Notes: generated by a model from the letters alone, not told the origin. 38,587 nt of DNA from a virus (IMGVR_UViG_3300046092_000083:1-38587); one strand, 5' to 3'; shown: positions 23,944 through 35,934, numbered from the stretch's first letter. A program made the numbers and translations.

Positions 23944-26900
23944 ATGGCAGCTACAAAAACAATTAACTTTTTACCTGAGATTTTTCAAACCGACACGAAC
24001 AAGAAATTTCTTAATGCAACATTAGACCAATTAATTAGTGAACCTAATTTTAAAAAGGTCAATGGATATATTGGTAGAAAGTTCGCGCCGACGTTTAAAA
24101 CCACTGACAGCTACATCAGCGAAATTGATGCGGCTCGTCAAAACTATCAGCTTGAACCAAGTACAGTAATTGTTAATCCACAAACTGACACAGTTGATTT
24201 TTATAGCAGCTATGTTGATTTAATTAACAAGATTAAATTCTACGGCGGTAACGTTGATAATCACAGTCGTTTGTTCTCTAACGAGATGTACAGTTTCGAT
24301 GGAAAATTTGACTTTGACAAATTTATCAACTTCTCTCAGTACTACTGGATTGAAAATGGTCCAGATGCAGTTGTAGTTAGTGCTAGTGGAGTTCCGACAG
24401 AATACACATGGGATGTGACAATTGATTCCACAACTGGTGCATACAATTTTGCAAGTAAGGCGGGAGCAGATAATAACCCAAACATTACGCTAGCGTATGG
24501 CGGCAAGTATACCTTTAACGTTAAAGATGGTGAATTCTGGATCCAAGCTAAACCTGGTACTAGCGGGTTTGACAGCGATCACCCGAACATCAACGTTCGC
24601 CAAGTGCTTGGCGTAACAAACAACGGAGCCACAACAGGATCGGTTGAATTTATCGTCCCTCAACCAAACGGTCAATCACGTTACACTGACATGCCGTTGG
24701 CACAAAGTGTTGACTACGCAACTACATTGGCTTTCAGAGACATCAACGGTGCAACGTCTGCGGACTTTATTGCTCAGTTCAATGGCTTTGACGGCGTCGC
24801 CGCAGCAATCAATGGCAAACGAATTATTTTTGTTGGCAGCGATATTGATGATTACTTCTGGACCAGCGCATTAACAAATAACGACGTAGTTCCAACTGCT
24901 GATCGTTCTAAGACTTGGCAAGTGCAAGTAGACCAAAATACTGACATCGTTACATTAGTACCTGCAGAGATTGTAAACAGGAACGAACGTGTTTACATCA
25001 AGTCTGGTAACACAAACGCAAGCAAGAACTTTTTCCTTGACTATACTGGTTTTTACAAAGAAGTTCCTTTGCTAACAGCCCCGTTGAAGACTTTATTTTA
25101 TCAAAACTCATTGAGCGGTTTGTCATCTGGTGTTATTTCGTTAGTAGACCCAGCAAGTGCGGTGATTGATCCGTCAACAGACATCGTTGGGCAGAAATCT
25201 TACATCAGCCCAACCGGTGTGGTGTTTACAAACGGCCTTCGTGTAAAGTTTGATACTACTGCAACCAATGGATATGCAGATAACGAATACTACGTTGAGG
25301 GAGTAGGGTCTGCTATTAAATTAGTGCCTGTAGCAACATTGATTGCTCCTGAATTGCCAAACTTAGCGACACATGATTATCTAACAATTAACAGAGGTAG
25401 TCTAAGTGTGAACGCATGGAGCCGTAGTAACCGTTGGTTCCACGTTGATGTGCTAAAAGCCACGGCTGCATACAATAACGAAGATCTAGTACTGGATCAA
25501 ACATTGAGAGCAAGCCGATCAATCATTGAGTTTGAACCAAACGTTCAGTTGTTTAACTACGGTTTCGTTGCTAAGAACCCAGTTAACATCTTTGATACTA
25601 GCATCACCAATGCGTACACTCAAATTGAAAATAAAGCAACCGACAATGACACTACATTAACAGTGACTAATGGCGGAGTTACGCTAACGCTAACACACGG
25701 CGACAGAGTAATTTTCTCCAACGACTCAAGTCCAACTGTTAGAAGTAAAATTTATGTGTTTACGATTGTAGACATTAGCGAAAACATTAACGTGCAACAG
25801 TACATTGGTAACATCGTTGAAGCCGACGATGCAGAAATTGTTGCACATAACAATCTGTTGGTAACCGACGGAACTAGCGCCGGAAAAGAAATATGGTACG
25901 ATGGTACAAGCTGGCACACAGCCCAGCAGAAGACATCGGTAAACCAAGCGCCATTGTTTGATATGTACGACGAAGCAGGTAACAGCTTTGGCGACACAAA
26001 CTATTATGTCAACACTAGCTTTGCAGGAACTAAATTATTTTCATATAAGCCCGGTACAGGCGCAAATGATCCAGTACTAGGTTTCCCATTGAGCTACCGC
26101 ACGTTTAATAACGTTGGTGATATTCAATACGAAAATAATTTTGACGTCGATACGTTTACCTACTTAGTTAGTCCGTCTACTAAAGTTGAAAGCATTAACA
26201 CTGGTTACTTGCACGTAACTACTTCGGTTGATTCATACGATACTACTAACATCTGGGCTAAAACAACAGAAGATAGTAAGCAATATCAAATTATTCGACA
26301 CACTGCTGATGGAGTTAATAACTTATTTGAAATTGACGTACTGCCTAACCCTAGTGCCGATATTCCTAACGTTAAAGTTCTTATAAACAGTAAAGTGATT
26401 AGTGTGAACGACTTTGGTTTAACACAAATCGGCGCACGTTACGCTGTTCTAATTAACCCTACTATGTTAGCAGTTGGCGATAGCGTTGACTTGTTGATTT
26501 ATAGCGGTAGTGTTAGCAAACTAGGTTACTACCAAGTTCCGTCTAACTTAGACAACAACTCTCTAAACGGAAACTTTACGTCACTAACGTTGGGACAAAT
26601 CCGTAACCACTTAATTACGCTAAGTCAAAATTCCCAATCGGTTGTTGGTACAGTACCCGGAAACAACAATCTGCGCGATATTAATATCAAAGCCAACGGC
26701 GGTAGCATACTTAAACATGCTAGTCCTGTAGTTTATAGCAGCTTGTTCTTAGTCGACGGTACTATGAATTTTGTTGACGGTCTTCGTCATGCACAGAAAG
26801 AATACTCTAAGTTTAAAAATAAAATCTTAGAGTTGTCGACACAGATCGAAATCGACGTAAACGACATTGCTGGCTCACTTGACACCATTATTGGTACTAT

Positions 26901-29900
26901 TAACGCAGTAAAGAATTCCAACTTCCCTTGGTATTACAGCGACATGGCTCCGTGGGGGCAAAATAAAACCACATTGCCAGAGTATACTGTTCTAGATCCG
27001 CGTATCCGCGAATACGAACTAACCAAGATCTTTAACGCCACTGAATTAAGTAACCTTGCGGTATTGGTTTATCTAACTCGAACAGTTGGCGGCGTAACTA
27101 CAAAAGAGTTGTTAGTTAAAGGGCAGGACTATGTGTTTAACAGCGACAGACCAACTATCACGGTAGTCGACTCCTTTAACCTAAACTACAATGACATTAT
27201 TACTATTGTAGAATACAGTAACACTGACGGTAACTACATTCCTGAGACCCCATCTAAGATGGGCATGTGGATCACAACAGTGCCACAGATTTATTCAGAT
27301 GATACATTTGCTAGCGGCCCCGTGGACGTGATCCAAGGGCATGACGGAAGCATTACTCCTGCGTTTGGGGACTACCGCGATGCTATCTTGCTTGAGTTTG
27401 AGCGTAGAATCTACAATAACATCAAGCAAGAATTTACACCGTCGATTATTCAAGCAGGAAGCCAATTCCCTGGACGCTTCCGTGTAACTGATTACAGCCT
27501 ATCAGAATTTAACCAAGTTTTGAGCTCTAACTTTTTGAGCTGGGTTGGTAACAACAGACTTGATTACACTACAAACAACTATTTCCAAAGTAACAATCCT
27601 TGGACATGGAACTACAAAAATTTCAAAGATGTACTAACAGGAGATTACTTACCCGGTACATGGAGAGCAATTTTTGATTATTTCTATGATACAGATCGAC
27701 CACACACCCATCCGTGGGAAATGTTGGGGTTCACAGAGAAGCCAGATTACTGGGACGACCGTTACGGTGCAGCTCCGTACACCGGCGGTAACTTAGTGTT
27801 GTGGACAGACTTGAGCCTAGGGTACATCCATGCTGGTGACCGCGCAGGTATCTACCCTGAGTTCGCTCGTCCTGGATTGCTGAATATTATTCCAGTAGAC
27901 GACAACGGTAACTTGCGTAGCCCTGAAAAGTTTGCGGTATTAGACTTTGATAGTTCAAAAGCAAATGCAAGTTATGCAGTGGGTGACTTTGGCCCAGTGG
28001 AAACTGCCTGGCGTCGCAGCAGCGACTATCCGTTTGTATTGATGCAAACTCTTGCTCTATTAAAGCCAGCGTACTTCTTCTCAAACTTTGCTAACATTGA
28101 CCGTTACAAGTATAACAACAGTATTGCACAATACCTAGTAACACCGGGTAACCAGCATCTTACTCCTACTAGTTTAGAAGTAAACGGTTCAGTGGACTCC
28201 GGTGGCAATATCCAACGCACTGCTGGATACGTAAACTGGATTAGCGATTACCTAAAGAACTTGGGAATTGGTGACCCACAATCTAAAATTAAAACATACC
28301 TAAAAAACTTAAACGTACAGTTAAGTTACAAAGCGGCAGGTTTTACTGATAAGCGTTACATTAACTTGTTAGCTGAACAAGGTAGTCCAAACTCAACCAG
28401 CGACAGTATTATTATCCCCGATGATAACTATCGCGTTGAGCTATTTAAATCGGTACCAACTAACAAGATTGCATATAGCGCAGTTATTGTTGAACGCAGC
28501 CAGAACGGTTATACTGTAAGTGGTTACAATCTAAGCAGCCCTTATTTTACTATTGTTCCTAGCCTATCTAACAACAATGCCTATAGTATCACTGCTGGTA
28601 AAGCAACTGGGGTAATCTATAAAGACTACCAAAAAGTTCGTGTGCGTGTGCCTTACGGATTTGAATTTAAAACAACTCAAGAAGTAGTCGACTTCTTGGT
28701 AAGCTACCAGCGCCAATTGCAAAGTCAGGGGTTTGTGTTTACTGAGTTTGATAGCGATCTTGGTGCAAAGCAAGACTGGATCCTAAGTGCGAAAGAATTT
28801 TTAACTTGGGCACAACAAGGCTGGCAAGCCGGTAACGTTATTATCTTGAGCCCAGTTAACCAATCATTGTCGGTTAAGTCAACAAACACAGTAGTGGATG
28901 AGATTACAAACTTGCCAACAGGATCCAAAGTAATGGATCCTAACTTTAGCGTGATTAAGCCTAGCGCATTCTCTGTAATCCGCGAAGACAACAAATTCAA
29001 TATCTCAACTACTAAAGGTCAAACTATTGCGTTTGCAGAATTGCACTTGGTGCAATACGAGCACGTATTGATCTTTGATAACAAAACGTCATTTAACGAT
29101 ATTATCTATAGCCCAGACACTGGCAACAGACAGTTCCGATTGAAACTAATTGGTAGCAAAACTGCTGACTGGACTGGCGCACTAAATCCAGCTGGTTTTA
29201 TATACAATAACAACAAAGTTGACGAGTGGCAACAAGGCAAAGATTATAAAAAAGGATCTTTGGTTTCGTATAAGAATACTTACTACGTTGCGTTAGGCAA
29301 AGTGGTTGCTACGGACTTGTTTGATATTAAACAGTGGAAGCAAATCGATCAGAACAGCATTAAAACTGGGCTATTGCCTAACTTTGCTACCAACGCTGCA
29401 AAATTTGAATCTATTTACGATATCAACAATCAACCAGTTGATGAAGAACTAAACTTCTACAGCAATGGTATCACTGGCTTCAGGGAGCGTCAGTACCTAA
29501 CTGACTTGGCGCTTGATGTGGAAACACAAAGCAAATTCTACCAAGGATATATTAAGCAAAAAGGTACAAAGAACGCGATACTTGCATTGGCACAAGCACA
29601 GTTGGCCAACATCAGTAACGAAATTACAGTTACAGAAGAGTGGGCGTTGCGTGTTGGCGAATACGGTGCAACAGAGAGTGATCGTTTTGTTGAGTTACAA
29701 CTTGATGAAGCAATTATTACCAACAACCCTGCGCCTATTCAGTTACTAACAGATACAGAAACGCCAGTGTATGGTGTGGCGCACTACTACCCTCGTGAAG
29801 TTTACAGAAGCTCATTGACTCATACTCCATCTATGTTTGGTGATTACGTCCCGACTGCTGATGATGTAGTATATCCAACAGCAGGTTACGTGAACATTGA

Positions 29901-32900
29901 CGACGTAGATGCCACTATTTTTGACATTCAGAATTTTGCAGATCTTGGGAATGTGCTAAACAAAATTGGCACTGGGTACACTATCTGGGCTGCAAAAGGG
30001 TTTAGCGGAGATTGGGACGTCTACCGTGTTAGCGAAACAGAATGTGCAGTTACTGGGCTATCTTACAGTATCAACAACTACGCAATCGCAACCACAAGCG
30101 CAGCACATAACCTATCAATTGGCGACATTGTTGCAGTTCGACGATTTGATGATAGATTTGATGGCTTTTACCAAGTGTATGCAATTAACGGAATCAATAG
30201 CTTCACCATTGGCCTACGTCAGAACTATAAACTATTGAGCCAACTACAAACAGTGTCCGGTAACGGTATTCTGTTCAAGTTAGCAAGTGGCCGCATTGCG
30301 AGCCCAAGCCAAGTTGATTCTCATACCCCACCTTATGGTTGGGTACAGAACGACAAGGTGTGGGTTGATACGTTAGATGCAGCAGGTAACTGGGGTGTTT
30401 ACAACAAGACTAGCCCATGGGATTCTGCAACTAAGATCTATCTAAACAGCAGCGAATATCAAGGTCAGGACAACTTTGGTCAAAGTTTGAAAATCTCAAG
30501 CGATGGCAAAATCATGTTTGCTGGCGCACCTAATAGTGGAACTGGTCGTGCTGCAATTTTCTTAAAGACAACTGACGGCGACTGGCTAGAAAACAGTAAC
30601 TTCGTAGTTAGCAGCACTGGCACTAGTGGTTTCGGCCAAGTAATTGATGCAAGCGATAAATCATTTGTTGTTGCTGCTCCGCGTAGCTTGTCGGACACAG
30701 GGTATGTATATGTCTACACTGTGGATGTAGCTACTGGTGTGACTATGAGTCAAGTACTAACAGTAGATGGCGGTCAAGCAAACGACTCGTTCGGTGCAAG
30801 TCTTGCAGTTAGCCAGAATGGTAATTGGTTATATATTGGCGCACCTGGTGCAGGCAAAGTTTATGCTTACGGAATGTATGCAGACAGTTCGTCTATTCAG
30901 ACTCTTACTGCAACTGGTAGCAATAATGACTTTACTCTAACTACTCAAACAATTACAGATCCTTGCGAATTGTTAGTTAACAGCGATACTACTTTAGTTC
31001 CTAATGTTGATTATACAATTATCAATGATGCAGGGACTTACAAGATACGTTTCCTTGTTGATGGAGTAGCAACTGCTCCAGCAGCTGGTCCAATCTTGGT
31101 AACTGTACATTCTCGTTACAAGTTAATTGACACATGGACACACAGTGACGGGTTTGGTACTAGTGTAGCATGTAACCCAGCTGGTGATCAAATTGCCATT
31201 GGTGCAAATACTGCAACCGTTGATGGCGTAGCGAGTGCTGGTAAAGGTTATGTATATGACCGTATGGTTGAAGGCTTCTATGCAAACGGATCAAGTAACA
31301 CATTCATTCCTGTACGTCAAATTGGTAGCACACGCAGAGTTACTGCAAACAGTGTTGAGCAAGTAGCAGGTGTTGATTACAACATTGTTGGTAACAACGT
31401 ACAATTCGTAGTGGCCCCAATTGCTGGTACATTGATTAACATTGAGACTAACCAGTTTAACTTAATTCAAACATTATCTAGTAGCACAGCTACAGATGGC
31501 CAGCGTTTTGGTACAAAGGTAGTTATTAGCCCAGACACTACTAAGATTTATTTTAGTGCTCCGTACTTTAACTTGCCTTACTATAGAAGCGGTGCAGTGT
31601 ACACCTTTGCAAACCAAGGCCGTTTATACGGATCTATTATTGGTACAGTGGCTAATCCAACAGTTACACCGGGTCACAGTATCCGTGTCAACACAGTTGA
31701 AATTCAGTTTACTAGCAATACACTAGCACACGTTGTTAGTAAGATCAACGGTGCAGGCATTCCTGGTATCTCTGCATTTGATGAGAACGGTCACTTGAAG
31801 ATTGTGTCCGCTCGAGTTACATCGTATAACAACATTGGTGTGCTAACTAAGAGTAATAAACTAGATGTGTTGCCGGGTAGCGGAACAACACTAGCTCCGG
31901 GTACTGGAACTGCATTGACTGACTTGGGACTAACAATCTTTGTTCAAACTCAGACAATCACACACCCAATGAGTAACGAGAATGAGTTCTTTGGGTCAGC
32001 TCTTGCAATTAGTGATAATGCCACAACATTGGCAATTGGTAGCACTGGTGCTAAGACTGTTAACGGAACATCCTTTGATTCAACAGAGACTACATTTGAC
32101 GTTGGCAGCTTGAACTTCAAGGATGCCATTGCTAACAGCGGTGCGGTATACATATATGATTTAATGGATAACCCATTTGAGTCAGTTGACAATCCTGCAC
32201 TGTTTGCTTATGTACAGCAGTTACAGGCACCGGCACTAGATGACAACTTTAACTTTGGGGCATCAATTGACATTGCTGGCAACTACATTGTTGCTGGTGC
32301 GATCAATGATTACTCAATTACTGCCCGTGGCGGTAGTATCTATGCGTTTGAGAATACAATGGGCACTCAGGGCTGGGACTTGATCCGCTTTGATGAAACC
32401 CGTGTTGAGCCGAACAGCATTGACAAATTGTACATCTACAACACAAAGACACAAAACATCACTGCTAGACTAGATTACTTTGATCCAGTAAAAGGCAAGT
32501 TGTTAGGGGTAGCTCAACAAGACATTGACTATGCAAGCATAACAGATCCTGCAATTTACAACGACGGTACCGGTGTTGACACTGGTCCAACAAGTAAATT
32601 TGATACAACGTTCCACTGGACCAATGCACAAGTTGGTAAGACCTGGTGGGATACTGACCAGATGCGCTTCATTGATTACGAGCAAGGAGATATTGTTTAT
32701 CGTAGCAAGCACTGGGGCGAAATGTTCCCGGACAGCGTTGTTAAAATATACGAGTGGGTTGAAAGCAGCGTGTTGCCAAGCAAGTATGTTGAAAACGGAG
32801 GCAATGGCATTCCTAGAGATGAATCTGACGGAGCATTTGTTAGCTACACCTTTGTAGATGCAGCCACTGGTTTGTTTAAAACCTTGTATTACTTCTGGGT

Positions 32901-35900
32901 AAGTGACAAAACTACAGTTGATGTTATTAAAACCAATAGAACAAACAGCGTAAGCACTATCCAGCAAATTATTAAGAATCCAAAAGATCAAGGAATTCCA
33001 TACGTAGCAGCGTTGGCTAAAAATGCAATCAGTTTGTACAACGTGAACTCGTACCTAACAGGGACAGACGCAGTATTGCATATTGATTACAGTCCTGCAA
33101 CTAGCACAAATATCATTCACAGTGAATACCAACTAGTTGAAGAAAACAGTGATGCAACACCAATCCCGGATCGTATCATTTCTAAAATGCAAGATAGCTT
33201 GTCTGGTCTTGACCGCGCTGGCTTAGTAGTTCCGGATCCGGAGCTAACAGCAGTTGCGCAGGTGGGCATTGACATCCGTCCGCGTCAAACTATGTTTGTT
33301 GACCGTCTTGCAGCACTAGAGAACTTTGTAAAATATGTAAACAGTATTTTTGCATTGTATCCTATTGTTGATAGTCGTGATATTTCTACATTAGAAGCCG
33401 GAGCACCAACTCCAGCAGCTGGTACAGGCGAATGGGACTCTAGAATTGCAGAGCGTGTTGAACTAGATTACATTGTAACTTCAACTCTTGCTGATGGCTA
33501 CAAGATCTTAATTGAGTCTGATAGCGAGCACAGCGGCTTGTGGACAATCTTTAAATGGGTATCTGCAACTCAAAGCTGGTTCTTAGTAAGAATTCAAAGT
33601 TTTGCTACAAGCATCTACTGGACAAAGATTGATTGGTATGCAACAGATTTTGATTACACACAAAAACCGACATACACCATTGATCGCTACTATCAACTTG
33701 ATAAGCTAGCTTTAGCAGCTGGTGATACCATTAAGCTAAACGACAACGGTGCAGGACGATTTGTGTACTACCGTGTTGCTAGTGATTTGTCATTGACTCA
33801 AGTTGGTATCCAGGACGGAACTATTGAATTGTCTAGCAGCATCTACGACCTAGAATCGGGTAATATGGCGTTTGACAATGACAACTTTGACACTGTTCGA
33901 TTCGACCAAAACCCTAACCAAGAAGTTCGCTACATCTTTGATAGTGTGTACAACGACATCTTCACTAAAGACATCAAAGTTGAATTTAACAAGTTATTCT
34001 TTGGATTAGTGAACTACATCTTCAGTGAGCAAAAGTCCACAGACTGGATCTTTAAGACCAGCTTCATCCGTGTGCTGCACAAAATTCGTGATCTTGTGCA
34101 ATACCCTAGCTACGTTAAAGATAACCAAACGTTCTACGAAGACTATATTAACGAAGTTAAGCCATACCGTACACAAATCCGTGAATACGTACCTTTGTAC
34201 AGAGGCACAGATTATCTACACGCAGGTGCAACAGACTTTGATTTGCCATCGTACTACGACACAGTGTCTAGCACATTCCGTAGTCCAGATGGTACATACA
34301 CCACTGATCCTGAGTTGTTAACTACTGCAAACTATGCAGACTGGAATAACAATCACACCTACAGCGTAGTTGAAATTGACATCGCTAACGGAGGAACTGG
34401 TTACACATTAACGCCAAACGTTGAAGTTTCTGGCGGTGATGGATCAGGGGTGGTTGCACATGCAACAATTAACGTTACCTATGGAAATATCGCTAGCGTT
34501 ACTATTGTTAGCCCTGGATCGGGATTTACTACCCCACCAGTTATTACTGTTAACGGCAACGGAACTGGAGCAGTTCTTGTGCCTAAGTTAAAGAATGTAT
34601 TCTTTAAACCAGATCCAGCTAATAGCTATAACACAGTGCGAACATTTGATACAACTATCAAATTCGACCGCACTAACTTTACAAGCAACGTAGTGGATTG
34701 GGCTGCAAATACAGCATATTCTGCAACTATCTCAACTGGTACAGGCACAGGCAATATCTGGTTAGCAAGCGGTAACCTAGTTACATACAACAATATCATC
34801 TATAAGCCAGTAACTGCTAACGCAAACACTCATGCTACATTTGATTCTAGCCTATTTGAAGTAGTTAATGCAGGTAATGCACTAATTAGAGCAAATGATC
34901 GTGTAATGGGTTATTACCAACCGGGCGTTGGTATGCCGGCTCGCGTAGTGTCTTTATTGATTGATGGTATTGAATATCCGGGCGTGAACGTAACTGGTGG
35001 CAAGTTTGATAACTTTACTAGCAACGTAAACGTTGGTGCTAATGTGGCATTCTTTAGTGCAAACTCAAGTATTGTTAGCACTAGTGCAAGCGTTGATTTT
35101 GTTGAATTGGGCTACGAACTAAATCAACAAATTACAGTAATTGGATCAGCTAACAATAACAGGGTATTTGGTATTGTTGACATAAGCGCAAACACAATGA
35201 TCTTGGATACCGCATTGGTGTCAAACGAGAGCGCAGGTGCAAACGTAACATTACGCTACTTGGATTATAACGACAGCAGCAAGATTGACAGCACTATACA
35301 GAGTAGCTATCTTGACAGTGCATTGGGTACTCGCCCCGAAGATATTAACATTGACGGCGGCGCATACGTGGACACCTTTAGTAGCCATGCTCCTGAAGAA
35401 TTGATCCCGGGTCGAGTGTACGACACATTGTCGATGACGGTGTTTACTAAGATTTCCGGCAACACAGTAACTCTTGGGCACAGAGTGTTCCAAAACATGA
35501 ATGGCCAAGTGCAGTATCACCGTATTGCAGATGCAAATACAACTACTTTGAGTGCTAACCTGGGTCTAAGTGATAGTAACGTTCACGTAACTAACGCCAG
35601 CGTATTACCAACTCCTAACCCAGAGCAAGGACATCCTGGTATTGTGTTCATTAACGGCGAAAAGATCACATATTACACAATTGACACTGTAAATAATGTG
35701 TTGGGCCAAGTCCGTCGCGGTGTTGATGGCACAGGTGCTCCGTTAACTCATGTTGCTGGTAGTCGCGTTGTTGATGCTAGTATGCAACAAATTGTCCCTG
35801 GTAATACAGCAACTGAGTCGTGGTTAAACATGACAGCTAACGTAGCAGATGGAACAGGGTTTGAAGGGTCTACAACAAGCGAAGTAACTTTCCTTAAAGC

Positions 35901-35922
35901 TAGCCCAAGTTATACACCATGA
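23944..35922 (+). CDS. Giant (3992 aa) baseplate wedge/receptor-binding structural protein, gp7-like position
   Basis: Uninterrupted 12-kb ORF after gp6. N-terminal FLPEIFQT; FG-GAP-like repeats (FGQSLKIS...GAP, FGASLAVS...GAP, FGSALAIS); NGGTGYT...SPGSGFTTPP segment; YINEVKPYRT. Confidence 0.7.
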   Translation: MAATKTINFLPEIFQTDTNKKFLNATLDQLISEPNFKKVNGYIGRKFAPTFKTTDSYISEIDAARQNYQLEPSTVIVNPQTDTVDFYSSYVDLINKIKFYGGNVDNHSRLFSNEMYSFDGKFDFDKFINFSQYYWIENGPDAVVVSASGVPTEYTWDVTIDSTTGAYNFASKAGADNNPNITLAYGGKYTFNVKDGEFWIQAKPGTSGFDSDHPNINVRQVLGVTNNGATTGSVEFIVPQPNGQSRYTDMPLAQSVDYATTLAFRDINGATSADFIAQFNGFDGVAAAINGKRIIFVGSDIDDYFWTSALTNNDVVPTADRSKTWQVQVDQNTDIVTLVPAEIVNRNERVYIKSGNTNASKNFFLDYTGFYKEVPLLTAPLKTLFYQNSLSGLSSGVISLVDPASAVIDPSTDIVGQKSYISPTGVVFTNGLRVKFDTTATNGYADNEYYVEGVGSAIKLVPVATLIAPELPNLATHDYLTINRGSLSVNAWSRSNRWFHVDVLKATAAYNNEDLVLDQTLRASRSIIEFEPNVQLFNYGFVAKNPVNIFDTSITNAYTQIENKATDNDTTLTVTNGGVTLTLTHGDRVIFSNDSSPTVRSKIYVFTIVDISENINVQQYIGNIVEADDAEIVAHNNLLVTDGTSAGKEIWYDGTSWHTAQQKTSVNQAPLFDMYDEAGNSFGDTNYYVNTSFAGTKLFSYKPGTGANDPVLGFPLSYRTFNNVGDIQYENNFDVDTFTYLVSPSTKVESINTGYLHVTTSVDSYDTTNIWAKTTEDSKQYQIIRHTADGVNNLFEIDVLPNPSADIPNVKVLINSKVISVNDFGLTQIGARYAVLINPTMLAVGDSVDLLIYSGSVSKLGYYQVPSNLDNNSLNGNFTSLTLGQIRNHLITLSQNSQSVVGTVPGNNNLRDINIKANGGSILKHASPVVYSSLFLVDGTMNFVDGLRHAQKEYSKFKNKILELSTQIEIDVNDIAGSLDTIIGTINAVKNSNFPWYYSDMAPWGQNKTTLPEYTVLDPRIREYELTKIFNATELSNLAVLVYLTRTVGGVTTKELLVKGQDYVFNSDRPTITVVDSFNLNYNDIITIVEYSNTDGNYIPETPSKMGMWITTVPQIYSDDTFASGPVDVIQGHDGSITPAFGDYRDAILLEFERRIYNNIKQEFTPSIIQAGSQFPGRFRVTDYSLSEFNQVLSSNFLSWVGNNRLDYTTNNYFQSNNPWTWNYKNFKDVLTGDYLPGTWRAIFDYFYDTDRPHTHPWEMLGFTEKPDYWDDRYGAAPYTGGNLVLWTDLSLGYIHAGDRAGIYPEFARPGLLNIIPVDDNGNLRSPEKFAVLDFDSSKANASYAVGDFGPVETAWRRSSDYPFVLMQTLALLKPAYFFSNFANIDRYKYNNSIAQYLVTPGNQHLTPTSLEVNGSVDSGGNIQRTAGYVNWISDYLKNLGIGDPQSKIKTYLKNLNVQLSYKAAGFTDKRYINLLAEQGSPNSTSDSIIIPDDNYRVELFKSVPTNKIAYSAVIVERSQNGYTVSGYNLSSPYFTIVPSLSNNNAYSITAGKATGVIYKDYQKVRVRVPYGFEFKTTQEVVDFLVSYQRQLQSQGFVFTEFDSDLGAKQDWILSAKEFLTWAQQGWQAGNVIILSPVNQSLSVKSTNTVVDEITNLPTGSKVMDPNFSVIKPSAFSVIREDNKFNISTTKGQTIAFAELHLVQYEHVLIFDNKTSFNDIIYSPDTGNRQFRLKLIGSKTADWTGALNPAGFIYNNNKVDEWQQGKDYKKGSLVSYKNTYYVALGKVVATDLFDIKQWKQIDQNSIKTGLLPNFATNAAKFESIYDINNQPVDEELNFYSNGITGFRERQYLTDLALDVETQSKFYQGYIKQKGTKNAILALAQAQLANISNEITVTEEWALRVGEYGATESDRFVELQLDEAIITNNPAPIQLLTDTETPVYGVAHYYPREVYRSSLTHTPSMFGDYVPTADDVVYPTAGYVNIDDVDATIFDIQNFADLGNVLNKIGTGYTIWAAKGFSGDWDVYRVSETECAVTGLSYSINNYAIATTSAAHNLSIGDIVAVRRFDDRFDGFYQVYAINGINSFTIGLRQNYKLLSQLQTVSGNGILFKLASGRIASPSQVDSHTPPYGWVQNDKVWVDTLDAAGNWGVYNKTSPWDSATKIYLNSSEYQGQDNFGQSLKISSDGKIMFAGAPNSGTGRAAIFLKTTDGDWLENSNFVVSSTGTSGFGQVIDASDKSFVVAAPRSLSDTGYVYVYTVDVATGVTMSQVLTVDGGQANDSFGASLAVSQNGNWLYIGAPGAGKVYAYGMYADSSSIQTLTATGSNNDFTLTTQTITDPCELLVNSDTTLVPNVDYTIINDAGTYKIRFLVDGVATAPAAGPILVTVHSRYKLIDTWTHSDGFGTSVACNPAGDQIAIGANTATVDGVASAGKGYVYDRMVEGFYANGSSNTFIPVRQIGSTRRVTANSVEQVAGVDYNIVGNNVQFVVAPIAGTLINIETNQFNLIQTLSSSTATDGQRFGTKVVISPDTTKIYFSAPYFNLPYYRSGAVYTFANQGRLYGSIIGTVANPTVTPGHSIRVNTVEIQFTSNTLAHVVSKINGAGIPGISAFDENGHLKIVSARVTSYNNIGVLTKSNKLDVLPGSGTTLAPGTGTALTDLGLTIFVQTQTITHPMSNENEFFGSALAISDNATTLAIGSTGAKTVNGTSFDSTETTFDVGSLNFKDAIANSGAVYIYDLMDNPFESVDNPALFAYVQQLQAPALDDNFNFGASIDIAGNYIVAGAINDYSITARGGSIYAFENTMGTQGWDLIRFDETRVEPNSIDKLYIYNTKTQNITARLDYFDPVKGKLLGVAQQDIDYASITDPAIYNDGTGVDTGPTSKFDTTFHWTNAQVGKTWWDTDQMRFIDYEQGDIVYRSKHWGEMFPDSVVKIYEWVESSVLPSKYVENGGNGIPRDESDGAFVSYTFVDAATGLFKTLYYFWVSDKTTVDVIKTNRTNSVSTIQQIIKNPKDQGIPYVAALAKNAISLYNVNSYLTGTDAVLHIDYSPATSTNIIHSEYQLVEENSDATPIPDRIISKMQDSLSGLDRAGLVVPDPELTAVAQVGIDIRPRQTMFVDRLAALENFVKYVNSIFALYPIVDSRDISTLEAGAPTPAAGTGEWDSRIAERVELDYIVTSTLADGYKILIESDSEHSGLWTIFKWVSATQSWFLVRIQSFATSIYWTKIDWYATDFDYTQKPTYTIDRYYQLDKLALAAGDTIKLNDNGAGRFVYYRVASDLSLTQVGIQDGTIELSSSIYDLESGNMAFDNDNFDTVRFDQNPNQEVRYIFDSVYNDIFTKDIKVEFNKLFFGLVNYIFSEQKSTDWIFKTSFIRVLHKIRDLVQYPSYVKDNQTFYEDYINEVKPYRTQIREYVPLYRGTDYLHAGATDFDLPSYYDTVSSTFRSPDGTYTTDPELLTTANYADWNNNHTYSVVEIDIANGGTGYTLTPNVEVSGGDGSGVVAHATINVTYGNIASVTIVSPGSGFTTPPVITVNGNGTGAVLVPKLKNVFFKPDPANSYNTVRTFDTTIKFDRTNFTSNVVDWAANTAYSATISTGTGTGNIWLASGNLVTYNNIIYKPVTANANTHATFDSSLFEVVNAGNALIRANDRVMGYYQPGVGMPARVVSLLIDGIEYPGVNVTGGKFDNFTSNVNVGANVAFFSANSSIVSTSASVDFVELGYELNQQITVIGSANNNRVFGIVDISANTMILDTALVSNESAGANVTLRYLDYNDSSKIDSTIQSSYLDSALGTRPEDINIDGGAYVDTFSSHAPEELIPGRVYDTLSMTVFTKISGNTVTLGHRVFQNMNGQVQYHRIADANTTTLSANLGLSDSNVHVTNASVLPTPNPEQGHPGIVFINGEKITYYTIDTVNNVLGQVRRGVDGTGAPLTHVAGSRVVDASMQQIVPGNTATESWLNMTANVADGTGFEGSTTSEVTFLKASPSYTP

Positions 35923-35934
35923 TAATGAATACAA

